Assembly (NCBI RefSeq): GCF_006345805.1
Contig: NC_043002.1
Coordinates: forward strand, 98,146,001-98,210,000
Direction of reading: 5' to 3'
DNA length: 64,000 nt
Source of the DNA: Octopus sinensis
Lineage: Eukaryota
The notes under the pieces: model-generated
Seen by the model: only the letters and a program-made list of their open reading frames with translations
What the model was told of the DNA's origin: nothing
Database searches by the model: none
In this document: in pieces, positions 1 through 11,325 of the stretch
How the letters are laid out: each line of letters begins with the position of its first letter
Numbering within the stretch: the first letter of the stretch is position 1
Program-made: the position numbers and the translations under genes

Positions 1-230
1 TTTTTTTTGTGTCGCACTTAATTGTGAGAAACCAAAATCGAAATTTTGTGCTGCGACGGAACACTGTGGATTACCTGAGTAGCAGAACTGTGTTGCCATT
101 TGAAGTGTTTTCCTTCGTTCTGTTTCTCTCCTCTGTCTTTCCATTCTTTTTTTGTGTTTACCATTGACTTTAATTTGAATTTTTGAACTTTTGTGTTGAA
201 CATTTTACATCTCATCTATTTTTCGTCAAT

Positions 231-1477
231 ATGGCAACAAAAAATACAGTTTGGGAGTGGCAAATAGTGGCCCCCAAACGGTGGTTGCAAATTTTTTTCT
301 GAGAGAACGGTGGTGTCAAGAAGCTATTTTAAGGTTCTTGACACCATCACTGTGTTCTCACAGGCAGACACTGAAAAAGAGTTGGCGGAGCACCTGCCAG
401 CGATCAAGTTTATCCAAAGTTAAATACGCGACAATGTGTGTGTGTTGTTTGACACCCCTGAGGAGGCTCGGGATTTCGCGAGCAAACCATTACAAGAGGA
501 GAAAATTTTGTTTCTTCCCACTTATGAAGGGAGGAGACTGACAAGAGCTTGGGTGTGTGGACTGCCACCCGGTATAGAGCCCGAATGGATAGATGACACT
601 ATCCGTCGAGGTTTGGGTGGCAGCACTGCCATGCTCTTGAATGTCAGTATTCTCCCTGCGGCTGATTGGGTGGGGTCAAAGACAATTTTGACCCTATGGA
701 CCCAGTCAGCCGATGATCTGGTTTTGCCAGATTTTCTAACAATGGCCGGTTCCAGGTACTCGGTGATCCTTGAGGGACGCCCCCCCCCCCAGTGTCACCT
801 GTGCCTGGAATTGGGCCACATAAAGAAAAACTGCTACCGGAACCGAGCAAAGGTCCTGGAACAGTTAATAGAAGAGCCCCATGCTCCCCCATTGAGGGGA
901 GGGGAAGAGGGAGGAAGTCGAGGGGGAGGCAATCCCATCGAAAAAGAAAGGGAGAAAAAAAAAGAAGGTGGGCAACAATGGTTGCCCACCAAAGGATCCT
1001 GAAGCGGTGGGAGGAATGGAAGGACTTCCAGACAAGACGGAGGAACTCCATCATCCCGTCGTGAAGGAAAAGAAGAAACGTAAAGAGAAGAAGAACGAAA
1101 CATTGCCGGCGGTTGATGGTGAACTGCTGGCACGCCCGGAAACTTTGTCGGTGAGATGTGTGCCACCAACTGAGGAAACAGCAGCCCCTCCCAGAAGGAG
1201 GAAAAATGATTTTTTTTTCATTTTCTTCCTGAAGGGAGGGACAGTACAGAGCTTCGTAGAGAAGCTGGATGACCGGAGAGAGGAGCCCATGCCCTGGACA
1301 GAGGACGAGGATTGGCCTTCGCAGGTGACTACGAAGGTCATATCGAATGTCGGTATGTTCAGGCCGATGGGCGCCTTCTCGAAGGACATGTTCAGATTTG
1401 CATTCTGGGGCTCCGACCTGGATCTGGAGGAGTGCCTAAGGGTAACGTACAGCCTGGTCAGAGAGGAGGATGATTGA
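231..1477 (+). pseudogene. Disrupted ORF1 (gag-like nucleic-acid-binding protein) of an L1/Tx1-type non-LTR retrotransposon
   Basis: ATG at 231, then a frameshift near 300-330 and an in-frame TAA at 421-423. The 436-1002 frame has an RRM-like region (VCVLFDTPEEARDF; RAWVCGLPPGIEPEWI) and a CX2CX4HX4C knuckle CHLCLELGHIKKNC (793-834). A frameshift in the poly-A near 960 continues into the 968-1477 frame. Confidence 0.75.
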
Positions 1478-1504
1478 GTTTTGTGAACTATCTTATTATT
1501 TGTA

Positions 1505-1575
1505 ATGGACTATGAAGTCCAAAAACTTGAAAAAATAGTAAAAACCGTAAGAGGTTTAATACCTCGTTTTCTGTT
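1505..1575 (+). pseudogene. Possible truncated ORF2 start (first APE-endonuclease motif)
   Basis: ATG at 1505 reads MDYEVQKLEKIVKTVRGL, resembling the KIxxxNVRGL start of L1/Tx1 endonucleases; the sequence then runs into a SINE-A tail. Confidence 0.35.
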
Positions 1576-1589
1576 TGTTTTTAAAGAAC

Positions 1590-1808
1590 AATGTGTGTCT
1601 GTGTTTGTCCTCCCGCCATCGCTTGACAACTGATGTTGACGTGTTTAAGTTCGCGTAACTTAGCGGTTCGGCTCAAGAGAGCGATAAAATAAGTACTAGG
1701 CTTACAAAGAATAAGTTCTGGTGTCGATTTGTTCGACTAAAGGCGGTGCTCCAGCAAGGCCGCAGTTGAATGACTGAAGCAAATAAAGGAATTAAAGAAT
1801 AAAAGAAT
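1590..1808 (+). mobile_element. SINE family A, 3' half
   Basis: Matches the 3' half of the full copy at 43184-43600 (gcggttcggc...ttcgactaaaggcggtgctccagc...tgactgaa). Confidence 0.85.
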
Positions 1809-2420
1809 ATATATATATATATTTATTTACACACTTGCATATATATATTGCAATTTTCTTATTTAACACAACTGGATGATAATGTGGTCCCCAGAAATGT
1901 CGACATCTAACAGATTGCGTGGAAACAAAACAAAACGAAGCAAAAATGAAAAAAATAGCAAAATAACAGTAAAAAAACATATATTCCCCAAAGTTCATTA
2001 AAACCTATTTTTGAAAACCTTGCGTATACAGATTAGTTTATTTATAAAACTGTAATGTATAGGACTTTTAAATGTTGAACAATAAACATGGTTTGGTCAC
2101 CATTTATATGAATTACAAACATTTGTTAAGTTCGCTAAACTGAGACAAAGGAGTCTTGCAGCGTGGCAGGCAACTGTATAGGTACAGTATGGTATGTATG
2201 CGTGTATATGTTTACATATGAATGATATCTATGAATGTGTGTGTGTTTGCGTGCAGGTCCGCATGTGTGTATGTATGCTTACTTGTACGTATGTATGTAT
2301 AGGGCTGGATAGATGAATGGACAGATGTGCCTATATCTAGGCGTGCAGCTGAATGTATACTCCTGAGCATGTATTTACTTCTGATTATATCTATCTATCT
2401 GCGTGTATACGTGTATAAAT

Positions 2421-2422
2421 AC

Positions 2423-2476
<54 letters not shown>

Positions 2477-2582
2477 GAATGGATGCATGTATACATACAT
2501 ACATACATACAGACAAACATATATATATATATATTATATATATATATAATATATATATATATATTATATATATATATATATA
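2421..2582. repeat. (TA)n/(CATA)n microsatellite
   Basis: Directly visible. Confidence 0.95.
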
Positions 2583-2602
2583 ATATTTGACAATTCGTTG
2601 GT

Positions 2603-2666
2603 TATCATAATAAAATTTCGGATGCCGGGCTGAAGTCTGCTTCGGCATCTCATCAGTTATTAAGAC
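2603..2666 (-). ncRNA. Decayed hammerhead-ribozyme-like motif
   Basis: Minus strand: tcttaataa CTGATGA gatgccg..cggcatc c GAAA tt ttattatga. Stems I and II are present; stem III is essentially deleted. Confidence 0.45.
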
Positions 2667-3070
2667 AAACCGTTGAATAAGGAGAAATTACTCCAATAGA
2701 CGTGGAGAAAGTAAAACGTCGTTTATAGAACCTGCATATGCACAGATGTACACATATAAATACATGTACGCACGCACACACACATGTGTGTGTACATGTA
2801 TACATACTCACACACGCGTGTACATACAAACGCACACACATATATATATGTCTATACATATGTAAACATACATACATACATATATTCAATACACGCATAC
2901 ACGCACATACACTCGTATATATACACATGCACGCATCATTATATTCATATACACATCTCTATACGCACATGCGCATACATTCGTGGATATACGTGTATAC
3001 AAATAAAAACACATACGCAAAAACATAAACTGTAGAACATTCACATTCGCCACAAAACTTGATTATGCTT

Positions 3071-3223
3071 ATGAGTTATATATGTATATGCACAAATACA
3101 CCCTCCTGTCTGTCAAACGCATCTACACCTGCAGATATATAAACGTATATACATACATATATGTATGAAGGAAGGAGACAAAACAGGTAGAGTTTTACAC
3201 TCGTATATATATAACTCTACCTG

Positions 3224-3261
<38 letters not shown>

Positions 3262-3443
3262 GAGTGTTGTATATATATACGAGAGTTATATATATACGAG
3301 TGTATATATACGAGTGTAAAACTCTACCTCTTGTACTTGTCTCCTTCCTTCATACATGTATGTATATACGTTTATATATCTGCAGGTGTAGAAGTGTTTG
3401 ACAGACAGGAGGGTGTATTTGTGTATATACCTATATAACTCAT
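3071..3443. repeat. Long inverted repeat (about 140-bp arms) around a scrambled (TA)n core
   Basis: 3071-3211 is the reverse complement of 3303-3443 with few mismatches or indels (cacaaatacaccctcctgtctgtcaaac / gtttgacagacaggagggtgtatttgtg). Confidence 0.9.
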
Positions 3444-3446
3444 ATA

Positions 3447-3606
3447 TCTATTATATAAAATCCGTTCTGTGTGTGTGTGTGTGTGTGTGTGTGTCTTCTA
3501 GGATCTCGGGCATCCTCCATCCGATTGCGCTCAAATTTGATATGTAGATATCGACGGTATCAGGGTACAAAAATCGATTCCCGGTGAGAATGTGATCGAT
3601 AAAGCC
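3447..3606 (+). mobile_element. Helitron-like 5' end fragment
   Basis: A|TCTATTATATAAAA followed by (TG)n and ccgattgcgctcaaatttg, typical of non-autonomous Helitron 5' ends; no 3' CTAG end found. Confidence 0.45.
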
Positions 3607-3872
3607 TTTTTTGTCCTGCTTTTCTTCCATCAACCTGTACATAACTGCACCTTCCATTTTATGTTGTTTTTGTACAGCTTAAAGGCACGTTTCTTTCCTG
3701 TCAAGCTTACTGTTTAAACCATGTTTGTGTTCTCCCAGTCAACAGCCTTATCATTACTGGTACTTTAAACTCTTCGGTTGCATATTTGTGTGAATAAAAT
3801 CGTTTTTCTTTGGAATAGAAAAAAGTCTATCTTTATTTCTTCTTTTGCTAGTGTCTCAAATTTAGGTTAAAT

Positions 3873-3932
3873 CAGTGTTTCTCAAAGGGGAGGGCAATGG
3901 TAAGGTCGGACAAGTTGTTTTGAGAAAATTTG
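3873..3932. mobile_element. Miniature hAT (Charlie-like) MITE
   Basis: cagtgtttctcaaa ... tttgagaaaatttg imperfect TIRs; 8-bp flanks ggttaaat / gtttaaat. Confidence 0.45.
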
Positions 3933-4639
3933 GTTTAAATGTTTGACAACTTAGCACTGTCCATTGGACGGAGGGGGAGTGCTCGTATATATATATATAT
4001 ACTTCTCCAAAAGTTATGACACTTGAATGGTTAAGGTTCAACCATTTCTCTTGAGAACTGTTTTCAGAGAGGTTATACCTGTCACTTACGTACTTTCTGG
4101 CGCTTTTATGGGTAACAATGACGCCTGCTTCACATTTTCGAGGGGTAAACAGGCTTCGTTTCATTCTCACATAAAAATAATAATAAATAGGAAAAAGAAG
4201 AAATATATGATTTTTAATTGAATTGAGCTTAATTAATTTTAAAACCCGAGCTATGTTGTGCTGACGAGTCCAGAAAGTGGACGACATAGGAAATAATGCT
4301 ATCTACAGCTACCAGCGACGTTAAGGACTGTGCCTTAAGGAAATGAGAGAGAAACATAAAGGAATTATTTGGAAATATATATGTGCTCTTTCACAAATGT
4401 GATTCTTTCACAAATGAAAAATAAGCCTAGAAGCGATTCTCTCCCTTAAGAAGCAGTTCCCAGTAATACCACCACAGTCCTTTGCTTTTCTCATTCTTTT
4501 CAATCAGCCATTGTTTTCTATTAAGTAGTTAGCTTAAATACTGAAATTATGCTGAATATTTTGGTTTGTATTGCTTTAATAGTGTTTGAGAACAATCTTA
4601 GAGTGAGTGTCACTGTGAAACAAAAACAAATCTCTGACA

Positions 4640-5340
4640 ATTTTCAGGCGTTTCCTTTATCGCTGGTGCACTTCAACAGTGTCATGGGACGGGCTTCCTC
4701 TCCTAGACTAAGTAAAAACAACACTTTAGGACTTCCCACTTTTTAAATAATCCGTCAATAGATGACAAAAAAAGAGCGCCATCTAGTTACAACACAACGT
4801 AACAAACTGCAATTTTCGACATCGACGAATTCACAAAATTCATTTAATTGACCTTTCCGTTTGTTGAACTGAGGAAATTGTTGTACACTTTGAGTACAAT
4901 ATTTTCAAGATCAAATTCTAGTTCTGTATTAAATCGTTTTGTATTATGCAAAATACGGTCAAGACAGTTTTGAGTCATTTTTCAGTTTATCTTGCTATAA
5001 TTTGCACTTGCATCGTTAGCAGTGTATGCCGACACTTTCGTCAAATCCAGACTTAATGTCTCTAGGTTACTTAGTAAATGATTTGTTTCCTCTGGTGATT
5101 CATTGTTATCACTGCAAAAGACAACACATATTGCACTCTTTTCTCAATAGGGAAATATCTCAGAAGTATTGGTAAACAGTTCATTGCACCTTTCTTTGAC
5201 GCATTAGCATGTTATATGATATATTTTAGATGCCTTTGTGCAGAAGGCGGCGTTAGAATGTTTTCACATAGAGATTTTGCTTTAGTTTTCACACATGTTA
5301 AAGTTTTTACTATCAGAGTCACTATAGATTTCTTTGTTAA
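4640..5340 (-). pseudogene. hAT-superfamily transposase remnant
   Basis: Manual minus-strand translation across stops and frameshifts gives ANASKKGAMNCLPILLRYF, KVSAYTANDASANY, ILHNT..FDLENIVLKVYNNF and LNEFCEFVDVENCSLLRCVVTRWRS; the TRW motif and DNAS/HILHN-like blocks are characteristic of hAT transposases. Confidence 0.7.
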
Positions 5341-5624
5341 CTTTTACTTCACAATCAGCACTTCTGTATGACTGATGAAGAGTCACACAGCGTGATACAC
5401 TTTGTACTAGTCTGCAGCTAAGATTTCATCTTCTCATGCTGATCGAGCTGGAGAGAGAAAAATGATGACAATGGTGATGTGCCAGCAATATGAGCGTAAG
5501 CTTCATGTTTATCTGTGTTAGCGTGAACGCACGCAAACACAGATAAGCCCGGCATTTCCCCACCTCCCTTCTGCCAATTTCCATATCACAACAACAGAGT
5601 AAATACACACATATCAACACGCAC

Positions 5625-5671
5625 GAACACACACAGACACACACACAGACACACACACAGACACACACACA

Positions 5672-5714
<43 letters not shown>
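5625..5714. repeat. (CA)n/(CACACAGA)n microsatellite
   Basis: Directly visible. Confidence 0.95.
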
Positions 5715-5717
<3 letters not shown>

Positions 5718-5992
5718 ATCTTGAAAGTTAGCTTTTTTTTCCACTTTTAGCAATAAACCTAAATTCTTTGAATTATTCCTGATTAAAAGTAGTCTTTCTG
5801 TTTTGGGCATTTCTTCGGGAGCTTCAATGAAAAACAAAGAAATCAGCCACCCGCATTTGAAGATTTGGGTAGACTTTATCACTGTGATATGTCGACAAGA
5901 AGAAGAAAATGTTTTGCCCTTTGTTTTCAAATGCTTACCGTATAATATGTCATTACGATTTTTTAACTTTCTATCTATTATAACAAAAATTA

Positions 5993-6181
5993 TTTTCTTT
6001 TACTTGCTTCAGTCATTTGATTGAGGCCATGCTGGGGCACCACCTTGAAATTTTAGTCGAATGTATCGACTCCAGTACCTATCTTCTAAAAGCCTGGTAC
6101 TTACTCTATCATTCTTTTTTGTCGAAACGCTAAGTTACAGGGACGTAAACACACCAACACCACCAGTTTCAAGCGGTAGTG

Positions 6182-6224
<43 letters not shown>

Positions 6225-6385
6225 CACGACGAGCTTCTTTCAATTTCTATCTACCAAATCCACTCACAAAGCTTTGGTCTGTCTGAGGTTATAGTAGAAG
6301 ACACTTACCCAAGGTGCCACACGGTGGGTTTGAAAACAGAACCATTTGTTTGGGAAGCAAGATTGTTATCACGCACCCACGCCTA
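5993..6385 (-). mobile_element. SINE family A, diverged full-length copy
   Basis: Reverse complement aligns to head, central, microsatellite and tail modules of 43184-43600. Confidence 0.85.
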
Positions 6386-6404
6386 CAGCGCCAGAAACAA
6401 TTAT

Positions 6405-6590
6405 ACTTTACGGTATTTTTTCCGGCTTTATATGTTCTGAGTTCAAATCCACCTGTGGTTAACTTTGCTTCTCAACCTTTAGGGTATCGATAAAATAAGT
6501 ACCGGATGAGCACTGGAGTCAGCGAAATTGACTTGCTCGGCTCCCTCCCTTCACAATTGCTGGCCTTGTATCAAAATTAAAAGGAACTGT
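6405..6590 (+). mobile_element. SINE family D, old copy
   Basis: gttctgagttcaaatcc...gttaactttgc...gataaaataagtacc core. Confidence 0.65.
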
Positions 6591-6730
6591 TTAAGCCGCC
6601 GCCCTTTCTCCTATAGTGTCACTCGGTCGAAGGACATTTTTGAACTACATAGTGATTCCAATAGTGCTGGTATCACGATCATGAATTCTATATCCTCTAA
6701 GAAGTGGTCAGCTTTAGGAAATGTAATACC

Positions 6731-7130
6731 TGTTTCTTTACTACCCACAAGGGGCTAAACGCAGAGAGGATAAACAAAGACAGACAAACGGGTTAAGTCG
6801 ATTATATCGACCCCAGTGCGTAACTGGTACTTAAGTTAATCGACCCCGAAAGGATGAAAGGCAAAGTCGAACTCGGCGGAATTTGAACTCAGAACGAAAT
6901 ACCTATTTCTTTACTACCCACAATGGGCTAAACACAGAGAAGACAAACAAGGACAGACAAACGGATTAAGTCGATTATATCGACCCCAGTGTGTAACTGG
7001 TACTTTATTTAATCGACCCCGAAAGGATGAAAGTCGACCTCGGCGGAATTTGAACTCAGAACGTAGCGGCAGACGAAATACCGCTAAGCATTTTGCCTGG
7101 CGTGGTAACGTTTCTGCCAGTTCGCCGCCA
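6731..7130 (-). mobile_element. SINE family D, head + two tandem body units
   Basis: tRNA-like head (ggcggcgaactggcagaaacgtta...gagttcaaattcc); body repeated twice; 16-bp TSD taggaaatgtaatacc (6715-6730) / taggaaaggtaatacc (7131-7146). Confidence 0.9.
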
Positions 7131-7149
7131 TAGGAAAGGTAATACCACC

Positions 7150-7262
7150 ATCGAAACCATGCCGACACTGGAGTAGTCCTAGATCTATCGGATCCTGTTA
7201 AATTGTCCAGCCCATGACAGCATGGAAGAGATGTTGAGTAATGGTGAGGATGATGATGAGGT
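7150..7262 (+). mobile_element. 3' end of a (GAT)n-tailed SINE/RTE-type element
   Basis: cccatgacagcatggaa...gatgatgatgag; related to the minus copy at 60418-60600. Confidence 0.5.
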
Positions 7263-7407
7263 GAGGCTGGTGGTGTTGGTGTTGAAAGGCAGCAAGATTC
7301 TGATATTTACATCTGCATCTTAGCTGTTAAATAATAAGAACAGCTGACAAAGGACATGAACTCACTAATATGCATGAAACGGGTGTCTAATGTTACATTT
7401 GGCTCAA

Positions 7408-7809
7408 GGCAGCGAGCGGGCAGAATCGTTAGCACGCTGGGCGAAATGCTTAACGGTATTTCGTCTGCCGTTACGTTGTGAGTTCAAGTTCCGCCGAGGT
7501 CGACTTTGCCTTTCATCCTTTCGGGGTCGATAAATTAAGTACCAGTTACGCACTGGGGTCGATGTAATCGACTTAATACATATGTCTGTCCTTGTTTGTT
7601 CCCTCTGTGTTTAGCCCCTTGTGGGTAATAAAGAAATAGGTATTTTGTCCGTCTTCACGTTCTGAGTTCAAATTCTGCCGGTGTTAACTTTGCCTTTCAT
7701 CCTTTCGAGGTCAATAAAGTAAAAATTATTTGAGCACCGGGGTAGATGTAATTGACTTGTGCTCTTCCCCTCAATGGCTGGCTTTTAGCCAAAATTTGAA
7801 AGCAATATT
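7408..7809 (+). mobile_element. SINE family D, young-tail unit followed by old-tail unit
   Basis: Head at 7408; the first unit ends gtaataaagaaata, then the internal sequence ggtatttt...gttctgagttc restarts and ends with a different tail (ccctcaatggctggc...tttgaaagcaatatt). Confidence 0.85.
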
Positions 7810-7811
7810 AC

Positions 7812-8380
7812 TCTTAGCTGAATCGGTAGAGCGTCGGACGAAATACCTTGTAGTATTTAGTTTTGACTTTTTGTTGCGTTCTGAGCTCAAATCCTGCCAC
7901 AATCGACTTTGTCAATCATCCATCTGAAGATAAGTGCTAAAGAGTGTTGGTTGGATAAAAAGCTTTAACGTCTTGTGATATTTGCGTTTCTTCAACTTTT
8001 GGCCCTCTAACTTCAAGCTGAAATCAACATTGTCTTTCGACTTCTCTCTGTCAATAAAATAAAGTACAAGTCAAGTGATGGGATCGATGTTAGCGATCCA
8101 CCCCTCCCTTTAAAATTACTGGCATCATGCGTAAATCAGAAACCATTGCATTTCATCCCGTCATACATTCATGTCCGATAAATAGAATATCAAACAAGGA
8201 CCGAGGACGGTTCTCTTCCTCTATTTTTCTCTCCCTACCTCTTTAAATCAGATTTATTAAGGAATCCAATAAAAGAGCCTCCTTTACTCACAAGAAAGAA
8301 ATCATTCCGCGTGGGATAAAACGAGTATTTGTCAAGTACTGAACCGATTAAATCGACTACGTCCTTCTCCAGAATTTAAG
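7812..8380 (+). mobile_element. Cluster of old SINE-D fragments
   Basis: Degenerate copies of gttctgag..aaatc, gtcaataaaataaagtac and gatcgatgt motifs. Confidence 0.5.
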
Positions 8381-8387
8381 GTATCGT

Positions 8388-8790
8388 TTTGCTTGTTTCA
8401 GTCATTGGACTACGACCACGCTGAAGCACACACAAACATATATATATGCGTATATCTATATGTTTGTGTCTTTGTGTCTTTGTCTACGACGGTTTGACAA
8501 CTGGTATTGGTATGTTTATGTCCCCATAACTTAGTGTTTCGACAATAGAAACCGATAGAATAGGCTTAAAACATAAATATCTGGAGTCAATTTGTTTGAC
8601 TAAAAATCCTTCAAGGTTGTGCCCCGGCATGACCACCACAATCAAATGACTGAAACAGATGAAAGATATATGCGACCAACTTCCGCACAGTTTTCATCAA
8701 CTAAATTTACTCACGTCCACTGATTTGACTGGCACTGCTCTGTGGGACTGAACCTCGACCCAAATAGTTGCAAAGCGAACTTCTTAAATA
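8388..8790. mobile_element. SINE-A fragments in opposite orientations
   Basis: Minus tail 8388-8430, plus 3' half 8450-8668, minus head 8670-8790. Confidence 0.65.
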
Positions 8791-9561
8791 CACAACATCC
8801 TATGTTAATACTCAGTATCACTTTATGCAATGGGCCTTTTTTCGCTTCAACTACACAGACAGACAAACAAATAAACGTTCAACACAGACAGACTGACAAA
8901 CTGAATTACAAAAAGACAAACGGATACACAGGCGGACATATTTACAAAGTAAGTGGAATCTCAAAATAGATTAAAGAATATGTTGCGCATATAAACTTTA
9001 TTATTAATACCCCAGTGTAAAATATAAATAACTACCAGTTTCCGGGAGGGTCCTGTTTATTTAAATATTCTTTAATTTGAGATAATAGGTTCATGCCGCG
9101 GACAACTGCAATAGTGGGAGTAGGAAGTTATTAATGAATGCTGTGACCAGTTGGTATAACGTCAGAAGACACAAAGATTTCAATCCCAAGTGGAAGGTAC
9201 ATTTTCATTCTTCTTTTATTTATATTTTGTTGTTTATTTTAGTATTTTGAATTTTACTGCTCTGTTATGTCCGTTAAAAGGCAAGGGGGGGAATAGATGT
9301 AAGAAATAACTGCTCTAAGCTGCGTTTACTTATCCGTCTTTCACCCAGTCTATCTATCTATCTATCTATCTGTTTCCATCTCTTCCCCATCCCCCTCTCT
9401 CCCCCTATGTATTATATACACATATATATGCACATACATATATCTATACACGTACATATAAATGTTATAAAAGTATATGAACGTATGTGTATATAAGCAT
9501 ATAGATTTGAAAAAAATTTATAAAAATGGCTTTTCTGATAAATTTTTTCACTTTAGTAACT

Positions 9562-9972
9562 CTCTTTTTACTCTTTTACTTGTTTCAGTCATTTGACTGC
9601 GGCCATGCTGGAGCACCGCCTTTTAGTCGAGCAAATCGACCCCGGGACTTATTCTTTGTAAGCCCAGTACTTATTCTATCGGTCTCTTTTGCCGAACTGC
9701 TAAGTGACGGGGACATAAACACACCAACATCGGTTGTCAAGCAATGCTAGGGAGACAAACACAGACACACAAACACTCACACATGCATATATATATATAC
9801 ACATATATACGACGGGCTTCTTTCAGTTTCCGTCTACCAAATCCACTCACAAGGCATTGGTCGGCCCGAGGCTATAGCAAAAGACACTTGCCCAAGATGC
9901 CACGCAGTGGGATTGAACCCGGAACCATGTGGTTGGTAAGCAAGCTACTTACCACACAGCCACTCCTGCGCC
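9562..9972 (-). mobile_element. SINE family A, full-length young copy
   Basis: Near-identical reverse complement of 43184-43600; tRNA-like A box (gctgtgtggtaag) and B box (ggttcaatccc). Confidence 0.95.
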
Positions 9973-10095
9973 TATATAAATATAAATTATAAATATCCAA
10001 GTATTAAATTGGAAAAATTATCAGAAAAGCCATTTCTATTCATTTTCTCAAATGCATAATACTGTACCAAGGACATTCTATTTCTTATTTTACTA

Positions 10096-10139
<44 letters not shown>

Positions 10140-10147
10140 CATACACA

Positions 10148-10179
<32 letters not shown>

Positions 10180-10326
10180 CACAAGCACACACACACACAA
10201 ATAGACAGACAGACAGAAAAACAGACAGATAGATGCTTTAAAACGATGGTATCGATCTAAAAATTCACTTCTGTCAGCGCATCAGTTACGTGAAACTCTG
10301 AGTTCGTGAATTTTTTCATCTTCATT

Positions 10327-10491
10327 ATGTATGTATGTATGTATGTATGTATTTATGTATTTATGTATGTTTTTATGTATGTACGTATGTATGTATTTAT
10401 GTATGTACGTATGTATGTATATGTATGTATGTATGTATGTATTTATGTATGATGTATGTATGTATGTATGTATCTATCTAGTTATATATAA

Positions 10492-10549
<58 letters not shown>
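10327..10549. repeat. (TATG)n + (TA)n microsatellite
   Basis: Directly visible. Confidence 0.95.
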
Positions 10550-10553
<4 letters not shown>

Positions 10554-10790
10554 TTTAAATAATGAGGGTGATAGCTTGAATATTAATTTAATTAACATCA
10601 ATTTAAAACCAGTAGCCTAGCATATAGAAAAATCTGAAAATTCAGAACAATTTTAAAGATGCGTATAATAGAGATAACCACTAAGTGGACATCCAATATG
10701 CTAGAAGAAGATCTATGATCTAACTACAAAGAAAACAATGTTCTCTAGAGATATTCAGCAAACACCTTAGTGGTCATCCCTATTATACGT
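10550..10790 (-). mobile_element. AT-rich (TA)n-flanked repeat with internal inverted repeat (Penelope pseudo-LTR-like, unclassified)
   Basis: Homologous to 14537-14760 (atgagggtga..attaatttaat..gcctagcatata). IR arms 10662-10685 and 10766-10789 match at 22/24. Confidence 0.6.
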
Positions 10791-10799
10791 ATGTATGTG

Positions 10800-10852
<53 letters not shown>

Positions 10853-10864
10853 ACACATACATAT

Positions 10865-11095
10865 AAGCCTCCAACTGGAAGTCACTGTACTCTTCCAAAT
10901 GTCCCAGTTATCTCGTCTAAAGTGAGGACTATGTGCTGCAATAGCTTGGGATTCAAGAGCCCACAGCTATTTGACGTCTTGCCAAAGCATCTGAGATATC
11001 TGCATGGAATAGGGGCAGGTGTATTTAAGAAACAACTTGATCTCCTGCTACCCAAGATCCCAGACGAACCTATATCAAAGCAGAAGCATACTCTA
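10865..11095 (+). pseudogene. CR1-group LINE RT C-terminal fragment
   Basis: SLGFKSPQLFDVLPKHLRYLHGIGAGVFKKQLDLLLPKIPDEP, typical end of CR1-group ORF2. Confidence 0.7.
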
Positions 11096-11110
11096 AGATG
11101 TAGAGCAATG

Positions 11111-11189
11111 TATATCTTAAAGGGGAAGTCCGGTTTACGGTCGGGAAACCCGGGGTAATCCCATATACCGGCCTTCCCTTCAAGATATA
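11111..11189. repeat. Short imperfect palindrome, possibly a tiny TTAA-flanked MITE
   Basis: tatatcttaaaggggaagtccggt ... accggccttcccttcaagatata. Confidence 0.55.
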
Positions 11190-11216
11190 TATATATCGTT
11201 ACACAGATTTTTGTTT

Positions 11217-11249
<33 letters not shown>

Positions 11250-11325
11250 CTGTGTGTGTCTGTCTGTCTGTGTGATTGTGTGTGTGTATGTGTGTGTGTG
11301 TGTGTTTGTGTGTGTGTGTATGCAT

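Noticed and set aside
438-470. CTGAGGA + gctcg/cgagc stem in ORF1
   Set aside because: Lacks G12 (CAAAC) and lies in coding sequence; likely chance.
5372-5400. ctgatgaagagtcacacag hammerhead-like start
   Set aside because: The 3' half (stem II partner and GAAA) is not recognisable.
6731-7130. CRISPR-like or minisatellite array
   Set aside because: Repeated units are SINE bodies without unique spacers; eukaryotic context and no cas genes.
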